The notes beneath the pieces are model-generated. The model ran no database searches, was not told the DNA's origin, and was given only the letters and a program-made list of their open reading frames with translations. DNA of 64,000 bases from assembly GCA_963727485.1 (NCBI GenBank), contig CAVSGM010000011.1:64001-128000 (forward strand), given 5' to 3'. Both the position numbers and the translations under genes were made by a program. This document shows, in pieces, positions 55,708 through 64,000 of the stretch; position 1 is the first letter of the stretch; the number at the start of each line of letters is the position of its first letter. This stretch comes from an uncultured delta proteobacterium (lineage in GTDB: Bacteria > Myxococcota > Myxococcia > SLRQ01).

Positions 55708-55825
55708 TGGTTCACATCTTGTTGCAGTGCACCATCCTAGCATGAAACAACCGGCACCCATGAAACATTCACGCCAGTAAACTCAATGACTTGCAGCCTG
55801 CCGTGGGCCTGGCACGGGGGCTGCT
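55681..55825 (+). promoter_or_regulatory. sigma54 promoter with upstream enhancer-like repeats
   Basis: TGGCAC-N5-CTGCT at 55810-55825; TGTTTCA/TGAAACA four times, including a perfect 13-bp inverted repeat 55681-55693/55741-55753. Confidence 0.75.
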
Positions 55826-55876
55826 ATCTCTCCGGCACGACCCAAGCCTCCCCGCAGCAGGGGGACGGAGGCGACC

Positions 55877-56563
55877 ATGATCTTCCGGCAGCTCTTCGAC
55901 AAGACGTCCAGCACCTACACCTACCTCCTGGCCCGGGGGCCGGGGGGCGAGGCCCTCCTCATCGACCCGGTGAACGAGCAGGTCGACAGCTACCTGCGCC
56001 TCATCGAGGAGCTCGACCTCAAGCTGGTGCAGGCCGTCGACACCCACGTCCACGCCGACCACGTCACCGGCCTCGGGGCCCTGCGCGACCGGACCGGCTG
56101 CGTGACCCTCATGGGCGCCGAGACCCGCGCCGACTGCGTGAGCCGCAAGGTCGCCGACGGCGAGGTCCTGAAGGTCGACGGCCTCGAGGTCCGCGCCCTC
56201 TACACCCCGGGCCACACCGACGACTCCTACTCCTTCGTGATGGCCGACCGGGTGTTCACCGGCGACACCCTCCTCATCCGCGGCACCGGGCGCACCGACT
56301 TCCAGAACGGCGACCCCCACGCCGAGTACGACTCGATCTTCCACAAGCTCCTCGTCCTCCCCGACGAGACGCGGGTCTACCCGGCCCACGACTACAAGGG
56401 CTGGACGGTGAGCACCATCGCCGAGGAGCGGGCCCACAACCCGCGCCTCCAGGTGAAGAGCGAGGCCGAGTTCGTGGAGATCATGAACAACCTCGACCTC
56501 CCCAACCCCAAGCTCATGGACGTGGCGGTCCCGGCGAACCTCCGCTGTGGCCGCGCCGCCTGA
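55877..56563 (+). CDS. Persulfide dioxygenase (ETHE1-like MBL fold)
   Basis: FRQLFD..S.TYTYLL, THVHADH, TPGHT, GRTDFQ, PAHDY, AVPANLRCG. Confidence 0.92.
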   Translation: MIFRQLFDKTSSTYTYLLARGPGGEALLIDPVNEQVDSYLRLIEELDLKLVQAVDTHVHADHVTGLGALRDRTGCVTLMGAETRADCVSRKVADGEVLKVDGLEVRALYTPGHTDDSYSFVMADRVFTGDTLLIRGTGRTDFQNGDPHAEYDSIFHKLLVLPDETRVYPAHDYKGWTVSTIAEERAHNPRLQVKSEAEFVEIMNNLDLPNPKLMDVAVPANLRCGRAA

Positions 56564-56603
56564 CCGGCTCAACCCACTCACTCCTCACCGAGGTCTTCCC
56601 ACC

Positions 56604-57011
56604 ATGCGTTTCGGATTCCCCTTCGGCTCCTCCTCTGCGCGCTTCGCCCAGCTCGGCCCCGCCGAGGCCAACACCCAGCTCTCGACCTTCAAGATCCTCG
56701 ACGTCCGGGGCCCCGACGAGTTCGACGGGCAGCTCGGGCACGTGCCCGGCGCGAGCCTGGTGCCGCTGCACACCCTGCCCATCAAGCTCGGTGAGCTCGG
56801 CCTCGAGGAGGGCGAGAAGATCCTGGTGGTCTGCCGCTCCGGGGGCCGCTCGGCCCAGGCCGCCGACCTCCTCGGCCGCAGCGGCTTCACCAACGTCCAC
56901 AACCTCGCCGGGGGGATGCTCTCCTGGCGCAGCCACGGCCTCCCGGTCTGCGGCCACCGCCACGGCGCCGGCGCCACCGGTATCCGCTGCGACGCCAAGC
57001 AGTCGGCCTAG
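56604..57011 (+). CDS. Rhodanese-domain sulfurtransferase
   Basis: LDVR, GHVPGA, CRSGGRS, LAGGMLSW. Confidence 0.92.
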   Translation: MRFGFPFGSSSARFAQLGPAEANTQLSTFKILDVRGPDEFDGQLGHVPGASLVPLHTLPIKLGELGLEEGEKILVVCRSGGRSAQAADLLGRSGFTNVHNLAGGMLSWRSHGLPVCGHRHGAGATGIRCDAKQSA

Positions 57012-57024
57012 TCCAGGAGACCCG

Positions 57025-57903
57025 ATGCTCCTCGTCGCCGCCGCGCTCTCCATCCTCATGGGCCTCGCCCTCGGTCTCCTCGGGGGCGGGGGCTCGATCC
57101 TCACCGTCCCGATCCTGCTCTACGTGGTGGGCCTGCCCACCAAGACCGCCATCGCCACCTCGCTGCTGGTGGTGGGGCTCACCAGCCTCACCGGGGTCAT
57201 CCAGCACGGGCGGGTGGGCAACGTCCGGTGGGGCACCGGGCTGGTCTTCGGCGGCGTCGCCATGGTCGGCGCCTACCTCGGCGGCCGGGCCGCGGCCTTC
57301 GTGCCCGGGCCGGTGCTGCTGATCATCTTCGCCTCGCTGATGGTGGTCACCGCCGTAGGCATGCTCCGCCCCAAGAAGGGCGGCGACGCCGAGCCGGTGG
57401 AGAAGGCGTTCTCCTTCCCCAAGATCGCCGCCCAGGGCCTGGTGGTCGGCGCCCTCACCGGGCTGGTCGGCGCCGGAGGCGGGTTCCTCATCGTGCCGGC
57501 CCTGGTCTTCCTCGCCGGCCTCTCGATGCACGAGGCGGTGGGCACCTCGCTGCTGGTGATCACCATGAACTCCGGCGCCGGCATCGCCGGGCAGCTCGCC
57601 CACGTCCACCTCGACCTCCGGGTCGCGGCCATCGTCGCCGCGGCGGCGGTGGTGGGCTCCGTGGTGGGCACCACGCTGGCCCGGCGGGTCCCCCAGGCGG
57701 CGCTCCGGCGCATCTTCGCCTGGTTCGTGCTGGCCATGGCCGGCTTCATCCTCTACCGGCAGGCGCCGGCGGGGATGGTGGCCTCGATCCTGGCGACCCC
57801 CTGGGTCCCCTGGGTCCTGGCCGCCGTGGGCCTCGCCGTCGTCACCCTCCTCATCCTCCTGCGCTTCCGGCGGCCCGGGGACGACCTCCCCAACGAGAGC
57901 TAG
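57025..57903 (+). CDS. Sulfite exporter TauE/SafE family
   Basis: GLLGGGGSILTVP, GAGGGFLIVP, AVGTSL. Confidence 0.92.
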   Translation: MLLVAAALSILMGLALGLLGGGGSILTVPILLYVVGLPTKTAIATSLLVVGLTSLTGVIQHGRVGNVRWGTGLVFGGVAMVGAYLGGRAAAFVPGPVLLIIFASLMVVTAVGMLRPKKGGDAEPVEKAFSFPKIAAQGLVVGALTGLVGAGGGFLIVPALVFLAGLSMHEAVGTSLLVITMNSGAGIAGQLAHVHLDLRVAAIVAAAAVVGSVVGTTLARRVPQAALRRIFAWFVLAMAGFILYRQAPAGMVASILATPWVPWVLAAVGLAVVTLLILLRFRRPGDDLPNES

Positions 57904-57975
57904 CCCCTTCGGTCGGGGCCCGGGCCCATCCCGGGTCCCGGCCGACCCCGGTTGCCCGCCGGACCCCCGTCCCCT

Positions 57976-58017
57976 CGGCGCGGATCCCCGCTTCCCCGCG
58001 GGATCCGCGCCGTTTTT
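57976..58017 (+). terminator. Intrinsic terminator of the sulfur operon
   Basis: 13-bp stem CGGCGCGGATCCC/GGGATCCGCGCCG followed by TTTTT. Confidence 0.8.
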
Positions 58018-58043
58018 CCTGGGTGCGCCCCGGGGCGGGACGG

Positions 58044-58059
58044 TGGCATGTGCGGTGCA
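58044..58059 (+). promoter_or_regulatory. Putative sigma54 -24/-12 promoter
   Basis: TGGCAT-N5-GTGCA just after the terminator and before the next gene. Confidence 0.5.
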
Positions 58060-58083
58060 ATACCGACCGTCATGCAGACGGGC

Positions 58084-59058
58084 ATGGCACAAGACGAGGT
58101 CCCGCAGGTGGCGCCCGAGCCCATCCTCCTCCACGCACCGGACGGGGTGGCCGGGAGCCTCCTGCGGACCTTCTGCCTCGACGCCGGGTGGCCGTCCCGG
58201 ATGGCGCCCGGCGTCGAGGCGGTCCTCCGGGACCTCGAGGACGCGCCCCCGGCGGTGGTCATCGCCGACCCCGAGGCGGTGGGCCTCACCCCCGCCGCGT
58301 TCCTCGGTCGGGTCCGGGAGCGCACCGCGGACCTCGGGCCCGGCGAGGCGCCGGCGATCCTCCTCCTCGTCCTCGACGACGACGCGGGCGCCCGGCTCCG
58401 GGCCCTGGAGGCCGGCGCCGACGACGTGATCCCCCGGCCCCTCCAGCGCCTCGAGGTGCAGCACCGCATCCACCGCGCCCTGGAGCTCCGGGCGGCGCGC
58501 CGGCGCCTGGCCACCTGGTCCGAGGACCTCGCCCGGGCGGCGCGGAGCCTCGCCTCGGTGGGCAACGAGCGCGACCTCACCCGGGATCTGGTCCACGAGG
58601 TGTCCCAGGCGCGGCGCACCGACGCGCCGCTCACCTGCGTGGCGGTGCTGCCCCGGCACCTCCCCGGTCTCGACGACCCGGCGGCCACCGGTGCCTCGGC
58701 CCTGGCGGTGCAGGCGACCCTCCGGGGCTCGGACCGCATCTGCCTCCTCGGGAGCGACGCCATCATCGCCCTGCTCCCCGAGTGCGACGCCGACGGCGCC
58801 GCCGCCACCCTCACCCGCCTGCGCCGGGTGCTGCCGCCCTTCCCGGGCTTCGACCTCGGCCACGCCACCCTGGCCCCGGGCGACGGCCAGGATGGCTGGG
58901 ATCTGCTCCTCGGGGCCCGACGCGCCGCCCTGGCCGCCGGGCTGACCCGGGCCACCTGGCCCGGCGAGGACGACGCGGCGGGCGACGCGGCGGGCGACGC
59001 GAAGGTCAGCGCCCGGGGGTCGGGGCGCCGACGGCCCACCCGGTCGCGATCCGGCTGA
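58084..59058 (+). CDS. Atypical receiver + degenerate GGDEF-like protein
   Basis: RALEAGADDVIPRP receiver end; LRGSDRICLLGSDAIIALLPECD in place of GG(D/E)EF. Confidence 0.65.
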   Translation: MAQDEVPQVAPEPILLHAPDGVAGSLLRTFCLDAGWPSRMAPGVEAVLRDLEDAPPAVVIADPEAVGLTPAAFLGRVRERTADLGPGEAPAILLLVLDDDAGARLRALEAGADDVIPRPLQRLEVQHRIHRALELRAARRRLATWSEDLARAARSLASVGNERDLTRDLVHEVSQARRTDAPLTCVAVLPRHLPGLDDPAATGASALAVQATLRGSDRICLLGSDAIIALLPECDADGAAATLTRLRRVLPPFPGFDLGHATLAPGDGQDGWDLLLGARRAALAAGLTRATWPGEDDAAGDAAGDAKVSARGSGRRRPTRSRSG

Positions 59059-60958
59059 GGCTGGCCCCGGCACCGGGCAGCTGCCGGCTGCAGGCGGCGT
59101 CGAGGGGCACCGAGTCACCGGTCTCCAGGATCACCGGGTCGGTGGCGGAGAGGCCCCCGGGGAGGGCGCCCGGTCGGAGCGTGAGGGCCCCGTCGGCGAT
59201 CCCCGCCGGCGCCTCCCTGCCCAGGACCACCACCGCCCGCTGCCCGGGCGAAAGCGTCGCGGCCGGGAGGGTCACCGTGGCGTCTCCGTCGGCGAGGCGC
59301 ACCCCGCCGAGGGGGGCCGGGGCGTCGCCGGCGTTCACCAGCTCCACCCAGGGGGTGGCGCCGCCCTCGACCTCGGCGAGCATCAGGTCCGCCTTGGGCG
59401 CGGCGCCGTCCGGGACCACCGAGCCGGCCCACACCTTTGCGAAGGCCCCCTCGGCGGCGGCGACCAGGCGCCGGTCGTGGATGATGAGCAGGGTCTCGTC
59501 GTTGCGGGTCTCGGCGCGGGTGCTGAAGTTGTAGGAGCCGACGATGAGGGTCGCCTCGGGGGTCCCGGCGTCGATGACGATCATCTTGTGGTGCATCAGC
59601 TCGCCGTGGGGGGTCCGGCGCATGGGGAGGCCGGCGTCGACCAGGCGGCGCCACTGGGAGCCGCGGATGGTGGCGTGGAGCCAGTCCACCGCGCCCTTCA
59701 CCGCCACCCCGTGGGCCGCGCGGTCCACCAGGGCGTCGCCCACCGCGGTCTCGGTGAGGGTGAAGGCCAGGACGTGGACCGAGCGCCGGGCGGCGTGGAT
59801 GGCGGCGACCACCGCGTCCTCCACGTGGTCCACCGGGGCGACGTAGAGGGAGACCTCGGCGCCGTCGACCACGTGGTCGTGGACCCGGGTCGCGTGCTTG
59901 GCCGGGCCGAACTCCCGGTGGACCATGTCGTCGACGCCCTGGGCGAGGGTGGCGGCGAGGCCGGGGTTGACCAGCTCCACCGCGGCGTCGGCGGTGAGAT
60001 GGACGGTGGGGTTCCAGGAGCCGAGCCACACCCGCCGGCCGTCGGCGACCAGGTACTTGTTGTGGCTCTCGGCGCTCCGCTCGTCGGGGACCACCACGAT
60101 GCCGTCGGCCTCGAGGCGGGCGTAGCCCGGGTGGTAGTCGGCGCGGTCGTAGAAGGTGGAGTCGGTGACCAGGCGCACCACCACCCCCCGGTCCTCGGCG
60201 CGGATCAGGGCGTCGAGGATCGCGGGATCGTCGAGCTGGTAGAGGGCGCAGTCGAGGGTGTCGTGGGCGCCGTCGATGAAGCGCACCATCGCCGCGGCGG
60301 TCTCGCTGTCGTCGGTGGGGGCGGTGAAGTGGATCCGGAGGAGGCCCGAGGGTGCCAGGTGGTTCCGGACGCCGGGGCTGCCCCCGGGGACCAGGCGCCA
60401 GCTCGAGGGGGCGTCGGGGAGGGTGGGGGCCCGGCGCTCCCGGGCCACGTCCGGGCCCGTGGCGGCGCCCGGGGCCACCGCGTCGAGGACCTCGCCGGTG
60501 GCTTCCCGGAGGATCACCGGGTCGCGCTGGGCCAGGCCGTTGCCCAGGGCGTGGTCGTCGGTGGTGAGGACCGGGACGCCGGGGGGGTAGGGGCCGGTGG
60601 CGTCCGGGTCGACCACCAGGACGTAGCCATGGGGCGCCGCGAGGGCGGGGCCGGCGCGGTGGACCAGGGCGTCCGGGGCGTCGCCGTCGTCGAGGACCAG
60701 GTGGTCGAGGGCCACCGGGGCGCCGGTGACGTTGACCAGCTCCACGTACTCGCCGCGCCGGGCGTCGCTGGGGCTCACCAGGATCTCGTTGATCCGCAGG
60801 GGCGAGCCGGCCTCGGCGTGGAGGGCGGCGGCAGGGGGCCCGCCGGCGGTGCCGGTGCCGGTGAGGCTCCCCGGGCCACAGGCGGTGGCGGCGGCGAGGA
60901 CGAGGGCCAGGGCCCAGACGGCGAGGGCGGGGCGACGGTCGATGGTGCGGCGCAGCAT
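59006..60958 (-). CDS. Lipoprotein with lamin-tail domains flanking two PLD (HKD) domains
   Basis: Lipobox ATAC; INEIL..EYVELVN; HNKYLVAD and HHKMIVID..GSYNFS. Confidence 0.85.
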   Translation of the reverse strand: MLRRTIDRRPALAVWALALVLAAATACGPGSLTGTGTAGGPPAAALHAEAGSPLRINEILVSPSDARRGEYVELVNVTGAPVALDHLVLDDGDAPDALVHRAGPALAAPHGYVLVVDPDATGPYPPGVPVLTTDDHALGNGLAQRDPVILREATGEVLDAVAPGAATGPDVARERRAPTLPDAPSSWRLVPGGSPGVRNHLAPSGLLRIHFTAPTDDSETAAAMVRFIDGAHDTLDCALYQLDDPAILDALIRAEDRGVVVRLVTDSTFYDRADYHPGYARLEADGIVVVPDERSAESHNKYLVADGRRVWLGSWNPTVHLTADAAVELVNPGLAATLAQGVDDMVHREFGPAKHATRVHDHVVDGAEVSLYVAPVDHVEDAVVAAIHAARRSVHVLAFTLTETAVGDALVDRAAHGVAVKGAVDWLHATIRGSQWRRLVDAGLPMRRTPHGELMHHKMIVIDAGTPEATLIVGSYNFSTRAETRNDETLLIIHDRRLVAAAEGAFAKVWAGSVVPDGAAPKADLMLAEVEGGATPWVELVNAGDAPAPLGGVRLADGDATVTLPAATLSPGQRAVVVLGREAPAGIADGALTLRPGALPGGLSATDPVILETGDSVPLDAACSRQLPGAGASLSRIATGWAVGAPTPGR

Positions 60959-60971
60959 GGACCGTCCCCAT

Positions 60972-60987
60972 CGCAAGGACCGTGCCC
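60972..60987 (-). promoter_or_regulatory. Putative sigma54 promoter of the PLD gene
   Basis: Minus strand GGGCAC-N5-TTGCG. Confidence 0.45.
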
Positions 60988-61237
60988 GCCCCCGGCCTGG
61001 CTCGCAAGTGGCTGGGATCACTCGGAGCCGGCGACCCATGGCCCTGCCGGACAAGGCAGATCGTCCAGAGGGTGAACGCCTTCCCTCGACGCCGCATCGT
61101 CCCTGGACGGTCCCGTCAACCTCCCAGAAACACGCCGCTTGGTTCCCGCCTCCGTCCAGCGTCCCCGAACCGTCCACAAGCTGGACGCTGCGGGTCTGGA
61201 CGCTGGCGCCGCCGCGGGCCATGCCCACCCTGGCCCC

Positions 61238-61963
61238 ATGGGCCGCCAAATCCACGTGGGCACCAGCGGCTGGACCTACGACGACTGGAACGGGCCCTTC
61301 TACCCGAAGGGCGTGCGTGGGACGGACCGCCTGGCCTTCTACGCCGGGCGCTTCGACACGGTGGAGGTGAACGCGACCTTCTACCGCCCGCTCACGCCGA
61401 CGATGATCGACGCCTGGAACCGCCACCTGCCCCCGGGCTACCACCTGGCCCTCAAGGGACCCCGGTGGGTCACCCACCTGGCGAAGCTCGTGGGCTGCAA
61501 GGACGCGGTCGCGGACTTCCTCGAGCGCGCCGGGCGCCTCCTCACGGTCAAGGTCGTCCTCTGGCAGCTTCCCCCGCAGCTCCACCGGGACCTCGGGCGC
61601 CTCGACGGCTTCCTCTCGATGCTCCCGGCGACGGTGCGCCACGCGGTGGAGTTCCGCCACCCGAGCTGGTTCGATGACGCGGTCGCCGCGCGGCTCGCCG
61701 AGCGGGACATGGCCTTCGTGGCGGTGAGCCACCCCGACCTGCCGCCCACGGTGTACCCCACCGGCGATCTCCTCTACGCGCGCTTCCACGGCCTGGGCCC
61801 CCAGCTCTGCGACCAGGACTACAGCCAGGAGGCGCTCGCCGGCTGGGTGGGGCGGCTGGCCCCGCACCTCGAGGGGCGGACCCTCTACGCCTTCTTCAAC
61901 AACGACGTCGCCTGCCGCGCCCCGGCGAACGCGGCGGCCTTCCGGGCGATGCTCACCAGGTGA
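61238..61963 (+). CDS. DUF72 (YecE-like) protein
   Basis: GTSGW, TVEVNATFY, QLPP, AVEFRHPSW, FFNND. Confidence 0.93.
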   Translation: MGRQIHVGTSGWTYDDWNGPFYPKGVRGTDRLAFYAGRFDTVEVNATFYRPLTPTMIDAWNRHLPPGYHLALKGPRWVTHLAKLVGCKDAVADFLERAGRLLTVKVVLWQLPPQLHRDLGRLDGFLSMLPATVRHAVEFRHPSWFDDAVAARLAERDMAFVAVSHPDLPPTVYPTGDLLYARFHGLGPQLCDQDYSQEALAGWVGRLAPHLEGRTLYAFFNNDVACRAPANAAAFRAMLTR

Positions 61964-61980
61964 GCCCGGCGCCCCACCGG

Positions 61981-63150
61981 TCAGGCGTCGAAGCGCGCCT
62001 CGTCCCGGGCCGGGCCCGCGATCACCCGGTCGAGGACCGCCGGGGCCCCCTGGTAGCTCACCGGCGTGCACTGGATCTCGGCGGTGACCGCGGTGCCGTC
62101 GGCGCGGCGGAAGCGGACGGTCCGGTGGCAGCTCCCGCAGCCGTGCTCCAGGGCCACGTCGTGGCCTCCGGCGAGGGCCGCCCGGTCTTCGGGGAGGACC
62201 AGCTCCTGGATGAGCCGGCCCTCGAGGTCGGCGGCGTCTTCGATCCCCAGGAGGCGCGCGAGGGCGCTGTTGGCGTGGACCAGGCGGCCGTCCCGGTGGA
62301 CCGCCGCGGGCTCCTCGAGGCGGGTCACGAGCTCCAGGAGGCACTGCTCGGTGCTCTCCAGGCGGGTGCGCGCCTCGCGCTCGGCGGTGACGTCGCGCTG
62401 GAGGCCCACGAAGTTGACCAGGGCCCCCTCGGCGTCGAAGACCGGTGAGAGGCGCAGCTCGTTCCAGAAGGGCGTGCCGTCCTTGCGGTAGTTGAGGATC
62501 ACCCGGGTGATCGGCCGGAGGGCGGCGACGGCGTCGCGGATGTCGGCGACGGCGCCCTGGTCGGTGTCCGGGCCCTGGAGGAAGCGGCAGTTGCGCCCGA
62601 TGACCTCGTCGGCCCGGTAGCCGGTGAGCCGCTCGAAGCCCGGGTTCACGAAGACCACGGGGTTGTCCGGGAGGTCGGGGTCGGTGAGGATCGCGCCCCC
62701 GGGGAGCGCCGCGAGGCCGGCGGCGAACTGGGCGTTCTCGCGGATGGCCTGGCGCAGGGTCTCGGAGAGCTCGGCGTTGCGCAGGGCGTGGCGCAGCACG
62801 CACTCGAGGACGTGGGCCTCGAGGCCCTCGCGGCTCACCAGGTCGGCGGGGCCGAGGCGCTCGACGGCGGCGCGCAGGTCCGGGTCGTCGCGGTCGGCGA
62901 GGATGAGCATCGGGCCGCCGCACCCGGCCGCCCGCGCCGCCTCCAGGCTGCCCACGGTGTCGGTGCCGTCCTCGTGGACCACCACGCACACGTCGTAGCA
63001 GGGGATGCCCAGGCAGGGGAGCGCCTCGTCCATGCTCCCGACCCACTCCAGGTCGAAGCGGGTCTCGGGGGCCTGCCGAAGGAGACTCTGGACCTCCCGG
63101 TTCGCTTCGGCGGAAGCGACCACGAGGACGCTGATGGGCAGCTCATCCAT
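61981..63150 (-). CDS. Pseudo-receiver-LOV-PAS blue-light sensor protein
   Basis: DNPVVFVN..F..LTGY..GRNCRFLQG..NYRKDG..FWNEL..FVGLQ. Confidence 0.88.
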   Translation of the reverse strand: MDELPISVLVVASAEANREVQSLLRQAPETRFDLEWVGSMDEALPCLGIPCYDVCVVVHEDGTDTVGSLEAARAAGCGGPMLILADRDDPDLRAAVERLGPADLVSREGLEAHVLECVLRHALRNAELSETLRQAIRENAQFAAGLAALPGGAILTDPDLPDNPVVFVNPGFERLTGYRADEVIGRNCRFLQGPDTDQGAVADIRDAVAALRPITRVILNYRKDGTPFWNELRLSPVFDAEGALVNFVGLQRDVTAEREARTRLESTEQCLLELVTRLEEPAAVHRDGRLVHANSALARLLGIEDAADLEGRLIQELVLPEDRAALAGGHDVALEHGCGSCHRTVRFRRADGTAVTAEIQCTPVSYQGAPAVLDRVIAGPARDEARFDA

Positions 63151-63304
63151 GCCGGCGACGCCTGGGGATCACGGTATTCCGGGCCCGCCTCGGTGCAACG
63201 CGGGATGCACCGGAGCGAGGCGTTCGGGGGGACCTCCAGCCTACCCCCGATCGGGGCCCGGAATCCCGTTTTCCCCAGGTGGGCGCTTGGGCGCCAGGGC
63301 GACT

Positions 63305-64000
63305 ATGCTGCCCGAGGTGACCGCGAACGCCGAGCTCGTGATCCCGGCGCTGCGCCTGGACGTGGCCCTCTTCGGGCTGACCTGCGACCCGGGGGACGCC
63401 GCCGCGGTGGCGCTGGGGACCTTCGTGCCCCGGTGGCTCGCCGACGCCCTGACGCCGGAGGTCGCCGCGGCGGCGGTGCTCCTCCGCAGCCGGAACCACG
63501 CCGCGCCGCGCACCGCCGATCCCGACGACGGCGACCGGCGCCGGGTCCGCGACGCCACCCGGGCGAGGACCCTGGTCTCGGGCTCCGTCGCGGCGGGGGA
63601 CCTCGCCCTCGACCTCGACGAGGGCCGTCGCCGCCGGCGCCTCTGCGAGGTCCCCCTGGAGCCCGGCCACCGGGCCCACGGGGTCGCCGCCGCCCTGGAG
63701 GCGGTCCTCGACCACTTCTGCCCCAAGGGCGCGGCCCCCGGGCGCGCCGACCTCGCCCGCCTCCGGGCGCTGGCCGACGACGCCCTCGCCGACCTGGTGG
63801 CCCTCGCCGAGGACCCGGGGCCGGACCCGGTGGCGCTGGCCCGCCGGGTCGCGGCGGGGGCCCCGGCCCTCGCCCTCACCGTGGCCCTCTGCGGCCGGGT
63901 GGTCCGGAGCCGCCGGGCCCGCGGCGACCTCGCCGGGAGCCTCGCGGTGGCCCGGGCCCTCGCCGAGGCCCGCCCCGACGACGGCCACGCCCAGGCGGCC
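63305..64000 (+). CDS. Hypothetical protein running off the window, TPR-like at the edge
   Basis: Open GC3-rich frame to the end; ARALAEARPDDGHAQ. Confidence 0.55.
   Translation, partial: MLPEVTANAELVIPALRLDVALFGLTCDPGDAAAVALGTFVPRWLADALTPEVAAAAVLLRSRNHAAPRTADPDDGDRRRVRDATRARTLVSGSVAAGDLALDLDEGRRRRRLCEVPLEPGHRAHGVAAALEAVLDHFCPKGAAPGRADLARLRALADDALADLVALAEDPGPDPVALARRVAAGAPALALTVALCGRVVRSRRARGDLAGSLAVARALAEARPDDGHAQAA

Noticed and set aside
59006..63046. 1346-aa ORF seemingly extending the PLD protein
   Set aside because: The upstream part is off-frame or antisense to the LOV and DUF72 genes; the real start with signal peptide is at 60958
63191..63212. Palindrome CGGTGCA-N8-TGCACCG upstream of the LOV gene
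   Set aside because: Single occurrence; cannot be distinguished from chance without comparative data

Overview
Very GC-rich bacterial DNA. Gene style (DGG-repeat lipoproteins, sigma54 systems, RRM protein, archaeal/eukaryal-type ProRS) suggests a Myxococcota/deltaproteobacterium-like genome; this is inference. About 60 densely packed genes; no rRNA, tRNA, CRISPR array, integrase or transposase seen. Recognisable content: feoA-feoA-feoB with a Fur-like box, pstS with a Pho-like box, znuACB, slyD, proS, alkylation repair (truncated ada-alkA, ogt, tag), an acsA-pdhABC-ACP operon, a sigma54-driven persulfide dioxygenase/rhodanese/TauE operon, a MauG-like diheme/phosphoesterase/cytochrome c operon, a methyltransferase-HNH fusion, a REC-LOV-PAS photoreceptor and many secreted or lipoproteins. 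The best candidate for an undescribed system is a tandemly duplicated two-gene cassette (TDGG-linker lipoprotein plus a secreted phage-fibre-like protein with a variable tip). It has a conserved upstream element with a compensatory base change and lies next to an O-antigen-ligase-like gene. The window also holds several small gene remnants and six +1 frameshifts that are probably sequencing errors. All family assignments come from motif recognition by eye, not database searches.
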